From Bigelowiella natans CCMP2755 (Eukaryota; Protista; Cercozoa): 64,000 nt of DNA. The DNA lies in contig ADNK01001817.1 of NCBI GenBank assembly GCA_000320545.1, positions 62,001 through 126,000 on the forward strand, read 5' to 3'. The notes below the pieces were generated by a model, which made no database searches, was not told the DNA's origin, and worked only from the letters and a program-made list of their open reading frames with translations. Position numbers and translations under genes: made by a program. Below, in pieces: positions 12,909 to 26,200 of this stretch (the stretch's first letter is position 1; every line of letters begins with the position of its first letter).

Positions 12909-15900
12909 CCGTGTTTCTTAGTACATCTAAAGCAGGACTGATAAGTACCTTGAGGCTTTTCAGCCCGTTATTTTCAGCGAGCGTGCGATAGTCTGCATCG
13001 TTAATAACAACAGCTACTTTTGCTTTCTTTGCACCTCCACTCCTCCCACCCCTCCCAGCTGCCTTCTTTCTCTTGCGAGGTTCTGGCTCCTACCAATTAA
13101 ATGATCGTTTTTGAATTTGTGAGTACAAATGGTGTCGATGGTGTTGATTGAAATATTTCCTATGCTTTGTTCCACGACCTCTATTTCGTTTACGATGTCC
13201 TCAATGGCTTTGATCTCGGCTTCGATACTGGTACAATTTGAGTTATCCACACGTCAGTACATGCAACACAATTATTTCAGAACAGTAAAAATACGCAACA
13301 CCCATGAATAAACGTATGCAAATCGTATGCAAATAATAGAAAAGGGAAAAGGAGGGAAAGAGACGGAGTAGCGGAGAAAGCGAAAGAGGAAGAGATTCGT
13401 ACTCCTGAAATCCATCTGAAGGAACAAGTTCATCCTCAACTGCTTCAGGTTCTTCCCGCTCCAAAGCCATCGCCTGATTTTGGTAGTGACTTATGTAAGC
13501 ATGAATTTCCATCTTTTCATAACAGCATCAACATTCTTAATGAGCAAGATATCCAATGATATAACGACACCTCTAGGGCCCGGTAATGCTTCTGTAGAGA
13601 GGGATTCTGATATGACTCAGGATTTACATCCCCCACTAATGCTGTAATTAGCTTACGCGTCGATTCAATTAGCCCGGGAATCTTCTCATCATCGGCAACG
13701 GGCTGTGGGGGGAAGTCAAGGCTTCGTGTATCGTCCGAGAACGGTAAAAAGATCATATACATCCCTGTCTTGTCGTCCCATGGATCCTAAGATATTTAAA
13801 TTCATGGGAACTCAAACGAAGCCCCGCTTCCACAAAACAGGTAAATCTATAGGCCTTGAACGGCTAGATGCTAATGATAGAGTCACAAATTTAAAGCTCC
13901 CAATATAAGATTAAAAGAGGAAAGGGAGAGAAAATTTGGGGAGGAAGGCCAACCTTCTCGTTTTCTTTGACTGGTAGCAGCGCGGCAAACCTTGGGACAG
14001 AAGCCTTACGGTAAATCACACGCGCAATGGCAATTTTACGTAGGTTGATCATCTCCTCAAGAAGCGCCCAAAAAGCGGTGGTGCTCCCCTTCACCTGCCC
14101 CTCGTCAGGTCGGAGAAATAGAGGGGACTTACAGTTTTGTTCCCACTTTAGATAGCTGCGCGGTTTGAACCCCATTAACTTAATTCCTAATGAAAGATAT
14201 TTTCCCTCTTTGAACGAATGTAACTACAATCATCGAAATAACATTTTGAGTACCGGGTGGTCCAAAGTCTTTTATGTCAGTCATCTCGGCTTTGGTGAAC
14301 TTAACCTTTTCTCGTCCATAAGGGTAAAAATGATTGATTTGGTAGTCCTCCAGCACAGCTCCAGTTTCTCCGCACACCCACTTTGTGACGCAAGTTAGCT
14401 TCTGGTTCACCCTTAAGTAATGAATGTAAAAGACATAATTCCATGCGTCAAATTGATAAGCACGTCGATCAATACGCATCAGTGTACAGACCAAGCATGC
14501 ATGCAATTGATTTTCTGCTCCGTCTAGATACCAGTCCTTTGCATCAACATACAATGGCAGCGTTCACGCGCAGTTTTTGTCAGCTACATACAAATCATGC
14601 ATGCAGCTCCTGATTGTGCAGAATTTTCCAGCATGTGAACCATCTCTCATTGAAACACGTCCTTGCTCATAGTTTGTATGTTCACCTTGAGTCGAGTTGC
14701 ACCGGACTACGTTTCGTCGCCGCTCGTATGGTAGAATATAGCTTTAAACCTATCTTAATGTCATCGCCAATAGTCATCGGGCAGGATGCAAGGGCTCTCT
14801 TTTTGAACATGCGCTTATAGCATTTGCCCTTGAGATCCTGTAGAACATATTTGAGATTCGAAATTTAAAAGCGTATAAGAACAACGCCGAAGCTATGAAA
14901 AACCTCAAAATTCAAAGCGACTTGTTCATCGAACTTTGCAATTCCGTCCTCGTCTTCCACAACAAGAAGGTCCTGCCGAGATTTTGTGAGTGAGAACAAA
15001 TATGTGATAAATTGAGGTGAAAGATGTAACCGCGAAGAAGTGCGAGATTTTAAATTGCGTTCCGTCAACATTAATTGGATTCAACACCAAGTTTATGTCT
15101 AGATCATCCAAATCCTGATAAAAGTGAAAGGATGAATCGTTTCATGCTCTGGGTTATGACTTTCTATCTCAGGTAATGAAGTTCTGTAACCCTAGCCTTC
15201 TGCGTTGCTTTTGTCTTTAGCTCCGCGTACTTGGCACCGCCCATTGTGAAATTTGGGCGATCATTCCCGGTGAAAAGCATGATTTGTTGGAAGGAAATCT
15301 TTGCGTTTTTCCTGATAAACATTCCAGTTATCCAGGTGCACCACATGCTTCAATAGACTACCGTCTGCTAAACACAGCGGAGCATGTCCATAGAGCTCTA
15401 TGGAACTCGCACTCTGAAGCCCCTGTTCCAATTTCATCACGAAATATCTTCTGGTCCGAAAGCCTTTCCAGTTCTTTTACCATTTTGGCATCAGGCTCGT
15501 CCAATTCGATGGCGTTGTAGATACCCGCGAATCCATTAGAGTTTTTAGCCTTTTCCTACATTTATGGAAGGTATTAACGAAAAGCATAAAGATAAATGTA
15601 GAGTTGTACAAGATCGATCTCGTTTCGCAAGCTGCGGCTGAGATGAGACTAACCGTATTGTAAAAGCAGACACCAATTTCGTTGGAGCCGCCCTGAATAA
15701 GTTTGTTTTGCACAACGTTCTTCACAAGTTCCAAGACGATATCAAAGGAACTCTTGTCTTCAGCTCCAGTTTTCATCATCTTCTCGCTGCTATCAACAAG
15801 GAAAATGACGGAGTCTCGAGTCTTCTCATATCTCGCCTGCACAATATACGTAAGGAGGTGAAACGGGAAAATTAAATAATATGACCCACCGCTATAGATT

Positions 15901-16003
15901 GCCGATTATCATCATCTAAGTCCTCGTCGAAAGCGAAATCGTTCGAGCCGAAGGCTCCGCTCCCACTGCTCCCAAAAAAGGGGAAGTCAAATGATGAGGA
16001 CAT
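12703..16003 (-). CDS. KU70: Ku70 non-homologous end-joining DNA end-binding subunit (multi-exon)
   Basis: vWA start DSVIFLVDSS; core GFKPRSYLKW..LFLRPDE..GSTTAFWALL, PRFAAL, LPFSDD and YQNPSLQKHYRALE; C-terminal SAP domain exon VAQLKDFLRAKDLALSGKKADLIERI. Confidence 0.95.
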
Positions 16004-16229
16004 TCGAGACGAAGATCGCCGAGACAAAATGTGGCTCATTACCCAGAAACTAATAAAATGCATGTTTTTTCACGAAAAGGAGACCGGAATGCTATGTCGT
16101 CTATTTCATTTTCCCCCCACAAGGGGAAGGCCTGCCCGCCAAAATTCTTCGGGAAAAGGGGAAAAAATCGGAAAATCCATGACGGAATCCCGGAATTCTT
16201 TAGAGTCCGAAATCCCAAACAGAATCACG

Positions 16230-17153
16230 ATGAGGAGATTTTTTACCCCCCTTTCACGTTGCTTTACAACAGCTGCTGCGGCGAGTCATAATAGGCTGGC
16301 TTCGGCCGCAGGAACGCTGATCAATCTCAAGCTCTATCCCATCGATGACCCGACAACTGGCGCCTATGGGGAGCTTGTCAGGAAGGCGAGGAAGGATTTG
16401 AACACTATGGGTTGCTGCCGTCTCGAAAAATTCATTACCGATGAGGGTATAGAGCGGATGCAGGAAGAGACTGTCACATTGTCAGAGAATGCGCGTGGTA
16501 ATCAAAAAGGTCGTAGAACGAACGCATGGTACGAGGATGGGGATTCCACTCTCCCACCATCTCATCCTCGAAACACATTCTTTCACCGAAATTTTGGAGC
16601 AATTCGTGACGATATGATCGCCCCCGATGCGGCCATCCGTAGCGTATATGACAGTGAGAGTCTTATTCGCTTTGCAGCTGATGTGTTGGATGTCAGTACT
16701 CTCTATCAGTCAAGAGACGCATACCAAGCGCTGACGATCAATGTGATGGGGGAGGGAGAAGACCTTCACTGGCACTTCGACAATAATTATTGCGCGATCA
16801 CACTTGGTATTCAGCAGCCGGAGAGTGGTGGCGAACTCGAATACATTCCTGCCATTGGACGAGCCAACTATGACGCAATCGCTGAAGTGATGCAACAAGA
16901 GAAATCTACTATGTCGCGCCAGTACCAGACCACAGAGGGAGCCTTGTGTTTTTTCCGGGGCGGACAGTCAATGCACCGCGTTCGGCGGGTCGGGGGAGAA
17001 CGTTTGAGACTCGTTGCTGCACTGCAATATCATACATCAGACGACGCGACAGATTCTGCCTCAAAGACAGAGCGGATATATGGTGTCCCCGTGTCAGAGC
17101 ATGTTGGTGCAAAAAAAGTTATTGCTGCTGCGGCAGGCTCACAGAAATTTTAG
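16230..17153 (+). CDS. Intronless 2-oxoglutarate/Fe(II)-dependent oxygenase (BesD/HalD-like fold, HxD type) with probable mitochondrial presequence
   Basis: LHWHFD (HxD), GGELEY, SMHRV (distal His) and RLVA (2OG-binding Arg). The N-terminus MRRFFTPLSRCFTTAAAASHNRLASAA is Arg/Ala/Ser-rich with no acidic residues. Confidence 0.85.
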   Translation: MRRFFTPLSRCFTTAAAASHNRLASAAGTLINLKLYPIDDPTTGAYGELVRKARKDLNTMGCCRLEKFITDEGIERMQEETVTLSENARGNQKGRRTNAWYEDGDSTLPPSHPRNTFFHRNFGAIRDDMIAPDAAIRSVYDSESLIRFAADVLDVSTLYQSRDAYQALTINVMGEGEDLHWHFDNNYCAITLGIQQPESGGELEYIPAIGRANYDAIAEVMQQEKSTMSRQYQTTEGALCFFRGGQSMHRVRRVGGERLRLVAALQYHTSDDATDSASKTERIYGVPVSEHVGAKKVIAAAAGSQKF

Positions 17154-17646
17154 CAGCTGTCCATGGATATTTTATTTTTTATTTTTGAATGAGAATTTGG
17201 TGATTTGACTCTATGTCTTGATGATTGTTATTAGTTACATGAAAGAGACAGCGTTCTACATACATCCGGTGTTTGTTTCGTGTAAACATGAGACTCATTA
17301 CATGGGCCATTGTTATACACAATTCTGTCTGAACTGCCATGCAATGCTAGAGCTGTAGCGCGTAACTACCGTATCTCAAGTACATTATGCCATAGCAATA
17401 TAGCGCACTACGGCATCGTCATTTCAATGTGTATATGTCTTCTCTTGACGCTACTTGCTAGCTTGACTAGCTAGTGTAGCGCTACCGCTGGCATGGTATG
17501 GCAGAGTTGTGCGCATCATTGGGTGTATACGTAGGCCGGTACAAACTTGCATAAGTTGTATTAGATATGCTCTTTGTTCTGCATCTCTCGCAACTTTTGC
17601 GTTTTTGTGTGTTTTTCTCTCCCACCGTTCCCTACCCCTCCCCCCC

Positions 17647-17650
<4 letters not shown>

Positions 17651-17719
<69 letters not shown>

Positions 17720-17784
17720 AGTCATGTGAAATAATAAAATAAAAAAAAGTAGTGTGTAAGTACACGTTAAAACCTAACACGATG

Positions 17785-17820
<36 letters not shown>

Positions 17821-17839
17821 TGCATATTTATCCATATGA

Positions 17840-17882
<43 letters not shown>
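17651..17882. repeat. Compound microsatellite cluster (CT)n(GT)n, (CA)n, (TA)n; representative of dozens of such runs in introns and spacers
   Basis: Directly visible dinucleotide runs. Confidence 0.95.
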
Positions 17883-17885
<3 letters not shown>

Positions 17886-18225
17886 GCATGATATTTATGT
17901 GTGAGTGTACTGTTATGTAAATCTATGGTTGATATGTATGTAAATGTATACATATCAATTTCTATGGATGCTAGCTTATCATGTGACTTCAAATAAGGTT
18001 TATTAACATAGACATAATGATGTAGTACAATTACACAGTCCACATTTACGTGTTAGCCGAAATGGATAATAGATCCCCAAGCTTAGGAATGACGGATAGT
18101 GGAGTGAACAACTCATGCGAATTTTGGAGTCCGCGAAGTCACAGCAATATGAATGTTTTGAAAGTTTTCTATTGTAATTAAACGTTTCTTTCTACTTCTT
18201 GGAATCCACCATTTATGTTAACATC

Positions 18226-19122
18226 CTAATCCTTCTTTGATCTGGGAATTGGAAGACCACCTTGCTTGGAGACCATAATGTAAGCTACAAGAGGCCCGAA
18301 AACAGCAGCTGTAGTTCCAAGCCCAAAGACCGCCCATTCGGTCTGTAAAATAAACAATATATTAAATTCATGGAAATTCTGTTTTAAAACTACAAGTACA
18401 TTGTGTTTTGCCGTGAAACGAATGTAGTCCTCCTTTGATCTTACTAAGAGATCACGCATTTGGGTCGAAAGTGCCTTCTGATGATATGGCGGAGGTATAA
18501 ATATCAGAATCACCATCCCAGTATACTTTCCCCCCTCTCTTGACAAAAAAATTAACAAACCGTTTGATCTTCTCCTTCCTCATCCCTAGAGAAACTAAGC
18601 TCTGCAGAGAATCCTCGAACGTAGAGAAGAGGCTTTTCGGGGGTCGCATCAAATTTGGGTGTGACCGTGAAATTGTGCTCGAGGGTCTCGCCACTAAAAA
18701 AGGAGAGGAAAATTTTAGGTTTATGAAAAATCCGAAGACAACGTTAAAGCAGCAACGCATGCATTTACTTGCTACCAAAAAATCGAACGCACCCCTTGAT
18801 TTCAGCGAATTCCGCTTCAGTTTCACCATCGATTTCGAAGTATTGTCTTGGCCAAGGATCGCTTGTCTTCAAGTTGTATGCGGATCTAAGATAAATATGA
18901 TTAGCCACGTGAAAACAGTCGAAAACTAATTGCTGAAAATACACAGTGGTACCCTGTGCCAATGTTGTGAATCCCAAGTGTGATGTTGATAGGGAAATCA
19001 GCAGCGTAAGTATATGGGATTTCCGTGTGTAGGGACTTCCTAAAAATGATCTTAGCCTCGGATGCATCCGCAGGTATTAAATGGGAAACCATGGAGATGA
19101 GTAGAAGGATAGAGAAGCTCAT
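18226..19122 (-). CDS. SSR2: Translocon-associated protein subunit beta (5 exons)
   Basis: The spliced product has a signal peptide, then ITLGIHNIGTGSAYNLKTSDPWP, GETLEHNFTVTP, EDYIRFTAKHNTEW, a C-terminal TM helix and a short basic tail. All junctions are GT-AG and keep frame. Confidence 0.85.
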
Positions 19123-19432
19123 CGTGTTTCGAATGGGAGTAGGGGTAGGGTTTTCGCGCAGATTCGTCTTTCAGAAACAATATCGCACGCAATCTGTGCG
19201 AAAAATCTGAAAATTCGTACAATTATATCAGACGACATGGTGAATATAACTAACACATTGTGACAATGTGCATGCTTTCGTCATTATCCTGTCCGCCAGA
19301 ATACAGAGTGTCTCAAGTATTGCGTCATAAGATTCCTTATGTCGCAATATTATATTAAATAGCGCCCGTGATTTGCGTCATCACGGAGATAAACGCTTCC
19401 AAATTTCAGCCGCTTTATTATACTTATCTTTC

Positions 19433-22400
19433 ATGATGGAAATGCAATCAGATTTCTTCCGAAAAGGCATACTTATTTTGTCGGACTCAGCAGAAGGGGT
19501 ATGTGTACATTGCTAGATTTCCCCTTAGTTTATAACCAAAGCCAATCTTTTTATCAAGTCGTCTTAAATATTTGGGACAGGCGTCATCCCGAGAAAAGTC
19601 CACAATCAACATTTCCATTTCTTTCTCTTTCGTACATCGGCTTAACCTGTACCGGTAGATAACCTAACAGTCCATGTCACAAGCACAAAAAGGGCTTGTA
19701 GAAAATTCAGCAGTAGTTGGACGACAATGCGAATAAGGTCTAAGAAGGTCGAAGTTGAGAGGATTTTACAGCTGTTTGATGATTTCAACTTTCTTCTTCT
19801 TTTGAATCTTATTCACCAACTCTTCCGTTTGTATCCCTCCCTCCAACGACCGCCACTTATACAATTTTGTGAACACCCTCATTATGGCCCAAATCCTCCA
19901 CGACCTTGTCCAACGGGCTAGGAGTTACAGTGGTGGTGGTGGTACGGAGGGCATGGGGATGATGGGAAGGGGGGGGGGGAGAGGGGGAGGCTTCAGACAA
20001 AAGGCCTGGTGCTTCCGTCGTCGACTTCACATCATTAGGGACGCTGGTTCCTCTTCTAATCCGCGACTTCTCCTTACCCTTGGGATGTCGGATGGTTTTA
20101 GAGTCTTAGAGATTATGGAGGATGACACCGTCCGATGTTTATGTTCGCATGACGAGAACGGGCCAGTTGATATAGTCGAGCCTCTGGCCATCCGGAACGG
20201 GTATTTTCATTTCCCCTCCCATGTTCCCTATGAGATGGAATATAAATTACTTTACTATCCTGTAAATATTGGATTATATTCTGAATCGAAATTTCAGTTC
20301 AGCGGGCATATGATATATTGAACATAATTCAGAAAAACATCCGAAAATTCGTTAAATTAAGCTCTTATGCCAATAAAACAGGAACACCGCCTCCGAGGGC
20401 TTGCCTTCAGATAAGAGAGGTATCGTAGTGGAATAGAGCTACTTTCAGGGATTGGAACAGCTTTCAACGAATTTACACATTCGTTGTGGTATCATCCGTG
20501 GTGGTGACACTACTCCTTTTTTCCTCAGGTGGTGAAGGATCGTTGTCGTCGCTCCGTTTCCTTGTAACCTCTGGAAACAATCGATCATCTTTCCCAAACA
20601 CCTGTGTTCGCATATACTCCTTGGAGACAAGAGGTTACGTCCATGTCTTAAGGCTGCGTTCCCCAGTGCTCGACGTTCAGGCTTGCGCGAAGTCAGTCGC
20701 GTTTGTTGTACACCTGAACGGCGAGGTGCAGATTTTTAGTGCCCGGAACTTTCGTTTTCTTTTTACAGTTTCTTGCAGCACTAGTCCTGCTCTTGGACCT
20801 ACGTTCTCTCTAGGGCCTTGTTGGTTGGCATTCGCGGGTGGTTTATCTAAAGCGATGGTAAAGGGAGGTGACTTCGAAGATGCACCTTCGCTTCCCTCGT
20901 TCGCGACGACGATCTCCAACAGGGGAACAACATTATCAGACCTCACAAAAGATGTGATGTCCGGTTTATATAGTCTGGGAAACATGGGTGGCAAAAAGAT
21001 CGCAGATTACCTGCATGGTAGAGATGGTGATCGGAAGGGAAGTGGAGTTGGGCTAAAAGATGACCATGCAGCTGGATACCTAACGATCTTCGACATCCAA
21101 ACCAAACGTACGCTTTGCACCTTCAAGGCCCATTCACATTCCATCGCCTATGTCGCTTTTGACAGCTCAGGATCAATGGTAGTTACCGCTGGGTCTGATG
21201 GGCAATATCTGCACGTCTGGCAACTTCTTAATCCATCTCGAAACCAAAATCAGTGCCTCTTCACGGCATGTACACCCCGCCTCATTCACAAGATATTTCG
21301 TGGAATTACACACGCGCATATTTGTAGCGTGAGTTTCAGCTCCGACTCCCAGATGCTTGCCATAAGCTCCCAGCACGGAACAACGCACATCTACCGACTC
21401 GACATGCATCAGCATGGCATCTCTAGTGGGACACCCAAGATTAGCGACAACGTTCACTCGAAAGAGGGGAGGAGCTCTGGCGAGGGCGTAGCCACCTCGA
21501 CACCATTCCATCGCATACGGGATCAGACACCATCGTCGTCATCCTTAGGAAAGGAAGACTATGTGCGCACGGCGTTGCCCATGATCTCGACATTTCATAC
21601 CCTCGCCAAGAGACCGACCCTGGCCGTTCTCACATCTTCCCAGCAACTTATTATGCACGATCTTTCAAAAGTTCATGATGTCAGCGACAGCAAAGATTTG
21701 GTGCAAAAAGGAAAGAAGAAACAGAAAAAATGGGCTCTACAAGTGTCTAAAAGGTGGTGGTTGCATTCACTTCTTAGGGATGCATGCAATAGACCATCGA
21801 TGATTGACGGCGACAACGATGGGGAAAGAAGAGGAAGATTCAAGGATGGCAACAAACAAGAGCAACAACAACGGCAGAAACTCATGGGAAAGATGAGCGC
21901 AAAAGAGGCCACTGCAGCAACAGCAGCTGTTGCGCATAGATTGTCAAAGCAGCAAAGCCACCAGTGGCTCTCTCAGGTTGAAATGAACACCTATAAATCT
22001 AATGAGGTTCCTCTGTGGGCGTCTCCGCAGTTTGAAATGATGGAATCCACCGTGGGTATAAGCTGTAGTAGTAGCAGTAGTAGTAGAAGTAGTGGTAGTA
22101 GTTTTGGCAACGGCAGCGGTACTAGAAGGACCTCTAGCAAAACTGTTCCGTCAGTTAGGAACTTCGAGAGCACTAAAAAGGCGGCGGCTGCGTCGTCGGC
22201 TAAAGAGCTACAAAACCTGGATTACTTGTTTTGGGAAGACCTGAATTTTCAGCCCCTTGCGTACCGAAAGCATGTATCATTCAGCGGATTGAAAGTGCAT
22301 TTTTCTGGCTATGAAGGTAAACCAGTTGGCGAGATATCTATCAATGGGAAAATACTTGAAGCAGTAGAGTCGCCGCTTTTAGAAGCAATGGGCTCCCCTG

Positions 22401-22441
22401 AATACAGTGACGATGACAGCTTGAAAGAAATTGTAATTTAA
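19433..22441 (+). CDS. BCAS3/ATG18-like WD40 beta-propeller autophagy protein (5' exons approximate)
   Basis: FKAHSHSIAYVAFDSSGSMVVTAG, IFRGITHAHI, SSQHGTTHIY, and the BCAS3-type motif WLSQVEMNTY..PLWASPQF. Confidence 0.88.
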
Positions 22442-23283
22442 AATCGTTCGAAATTTTGGATTTGCGTTAAAAGTTTTGTACAGTAAAAAATGGAATCTTT
22501 GGAAAAAAATGATAAGCAGAATCACAATCTGGAATCGATTTATGATAGCCAATGGAGCTTCGAATCATCGATCATGAAAAGAACTCATAAATAGAGTTAC
22601 TAGAACGTGGCCACACTGAAAAATACCGTCGTTTTAGACGGATTAAAAAAAGATTAATACAGCATTACATTTGCCAAACCAATATAGAGCGCCTCGTCTC
22701 ACCTGCCCGTATGTTTCGCTTTGGCGCGGCAGATCCATATGTGTGCATACATAAGATACGACAGATACGTCCGGCGCATCTATGACTACTTACATACGAT
22801 TGATGCGTGTCATTTCGAAAGTGGCGACAAGCGCTAATTTTTAGACAGAAAGCGCGCGCAATGATTTGAGACTAAGAATTATAATTTGCGCTACATGCAG
22901 AAAGATCGAGCTTATTGCTGCTCGAGCTGAATACACGGACTACTAGACTACTCTAGTTCTGAAATGGACAATTCAAGGCTGCAACGTTTTTGGCATGACT
23001 CGCGCGCGCTGTACGTCGCACGACGAATAAACGTGCTGAAAACATTTAAAATCTCTAAAATTGCTCTCGCTTTACAGACTGGTGTGGGCAACGCAACACG
23101 ACAATCTGCTAGGTTGTACATTTTAGAGCGCTACGGTCTAGCAACAACGCAGTGCAGAAGGCCTGGAAGGTGGCATCAATTTGCCACTATGTCGAGATAC
23201 TTAGGAATCCGATCGTGATCTAAGATATTGACGCGACGTGAGGCGTACAAATTTTGTTTCCGTAGTACCAATCATCATTATTC

Positions 23284-26200
23284 CTACTTTCCTTTCCTTG
23301 GTCGACCACGCCTTCTCGAAGCATCTTCATCTGCGTCTGATTTCCTGCTCCTTGTGGGGCCTCGGGCCCGCGTTGTTCTTGTCGTACGCTTGCTCTTTTT
23401 GGTGCCTGGAGTCGGCGTTTCCGAGCGCTCTTCCTCTTCTGCCTGCTTGGTTGCCCTGCTCTTGCGGCCACCGCGCTTGGTGCGAGACCCTGCACCCTTG
23501 TTGCGGCCACGAGTCCGGCTGCTGCTGCTCGTTGCAGATTCCTCCTGCACCTCAAAACTGCCCTCTTTGGAGTCTGGAAATAGTTTCTTCACCTTCTCCA
23601 CAACGAAGCGGTCAAGTTCCCGGGCGGCATCGTGCTGCTCGTCGCTAAGCAGCGCCGCGCGGATTGATGCGGCGTGTACTTCTGAGAACGCTTGTAGAGA
23701 CTTAAGCTCCCCGCTTTTTATTCGCTGCGCCACCTCTTTGTAGCCGCTGCCACCACCTACAAATGTACGCAGTACGAAATAGATTCAGGAGTTATGAACA
23801 ATAGTGAAAAAAGGTGGTGGTAATGTGGAGGATATAGGAGGTGGTAATTCTATCCCCAGTTACAATGGCAAATATACATCGACGACTACTACTATTACTT
23901 CTGCTGCTATTACACTACTACCACCACCTTCACCCACACTAACTATAACCGCCTACGTTCCAACAACAAGCACTACCTTGAATTCCTTCCTCAGCAGCAT
24001 CCTCCTCATCGATATCGTCTGGTGGCTCCAACAGGGCATTCGCCAGCTTACTCTCCGATATCATCCTCCATATCTCTCCAAGCTTTTTCACCAAATTTGC
24101 GTCCTGGGAGGTAGATCCAGCGGCTGTAGGATCACCGGCTTCTTTGCCTAGAGTTAGAGGGGAAAGAGAAAAGCAAAGCCAAGAATTGTGATAACGATAA
24201 TGACAAAATTGTGAGATTTCAATTTGGAACAAGCGCTGTATATTCTACGAGATAGATTGGTCACTCCCCTCCTCTCCTGTTAAGTAGCAGCGGCAGATCT
24301 ATCAGCACTAGGTAGTGACAACGTTCTAGGTAAATATTATGGTCCTTGATGTTTACCGTCGCTTGTCTTGTGACGAGCTCCTTCAGATTCGGCCGATGAT
24401 GCAGCAGTAGTAGGTTTGCCACTGCCATCGTCATAGTCAGGAAAGTTGAGAGGTGTCTTGCCCAACTCCTTTGCTCGTCTATCCCACGCACGTGCAGCCT
24501 CCTCTTGCGTGGAGAAGGTGCCAAGGTGCTCCAGCGTCCCGTTGCGACTGATTTTGGCCTGCCAGCGGTTGCTCTTGGTGGAGTAAACTCCAGTGAAGGA
24601 GGATGACGATGACGATGACGACGATGACGCCGCCCCCACCGCTGCCTTTTTCCGAGTAGTCGCACTGTTTGCTGCAGTAGACGGTGAATTGGTTGACAAT
24701 GTCGCTCCCTCTGCACTACTACCACCGACGTTTTTGGTATCTACGGGCAACCCACCCCCGGAAGGGGAGTTTTTCATATTTGTAGCTGCCGCTGTCGTTT
24801 TCGTCGGGGGCTCCTCTATCTTGCTCTTCTTATTCGGCGGCTGTTGCTTTTGCGAGCCAACAGATGACTCCACAGCAGCAGCTTCGGCTGACCTTTTTCG
24901 ATGGTTTGACGAGGACCCGGAGGGGGGGTTCTGCTGTTGCTGTTGCACACCTTTGCTCTCCAATTGACCACCCGACTGCGATACAGATCCTTTTGCCGTT
25001 GTCGCTGGATGATTCTTCTCTTCTGTAGCTGTTGTTGTTGCGGTCTTTGATAGAGGCTCTGTTGTTGCCGTTGGCGTTGATGTTAAAGCTGAAGTCGAGG
25101 CTGGCTCCGTCTCCATGGCAGATGAGCTGTCTGTTGCTGCTGCTGATGATGATGTAGCAGCAGGTGTATTTTTGGCGATACTAGCACCACTATTAGATGG
25201 TGTTGCTGCTTTAACCATCGGCAAGGGGGGGGATAGAGCGGAGGCAGCAGACACCGGCTGCTGTGATGAGGAGGAGGACGGCGATGCTAAAGTAGCGGCA
25301 GAAGGAGGAGATGCGGCTCCTTGTAGTTTTGTGGTAGCAGAAGCAGCGCCAGATGTAAGCTTTTGAGATTGTTGCTGCAGATCAGAAGTTCTTCCCTCGC
25401 CTCCTACCCCTCCACTTTCATTAACTCCTTCACGATTGGTTGCTGTGCCTGAAGAATGCTGCTGCTGCGACTTGGCTTCTATTGTATTTTTTGCTGCTGC
25501 TGCTGCGTGGCTCTGACCAAGTCCATTACTCTGAGTGGTGGTGGTGGCGGAGGTGGAAGTGGCAGCTTGAGAAGAGTTTATGGGGTGCTGTTGCTGCTGT
25601 CCCTGCTGTGCCGATCTGTTCTCCTTAGCTTTCTTGGCTGCTGCTAGAGCAGCCTCTGATGAGCTATAGATGACTCCGTTGGGTGACCGAAAGTATTTAG
25701 TGCTTTTGGTGCTGCTGCTTTCTCCCCCTCCTCCATTTGCTGCGATTGAACCCTCTACCTTCATCTTGTTTTCAGTGGTGGTGTTGGTGTCATTCTTCTT
25801 CACTACCAGCTCTGCCCAAGTCCAGCCTGGGCCTAACCACTCGATACCATTGGTATACCAAGGCCTATCAACACCAACAAGGAGAGGAAGCAGAAGGAAG
25901 AGATGCAAGACAACCATTGTCAGCAAATATCAACGGGAGGACAACATAATCGATACAGAATTAGGTAAAGGAGAGAACAAGGATAAGAAGCTGAGGGAGA
26001 AAGAAAAGGAATACCCTGACACCACCGCAGGTGGAATCACTGCCGATGCTACTGATGTCCCGTGGTTATTTGGTTGTGCTCCTCCAGTCTGCTGCTGTGA
26101 CACATTGCCGGTAGTGCTATTCGACTGCTGCTGCTTCTGAGGACCAGAGGTGCCATTCTCAGTTTCCATCGGAACTACAGCACCATTCTTCAGTGTGGAA

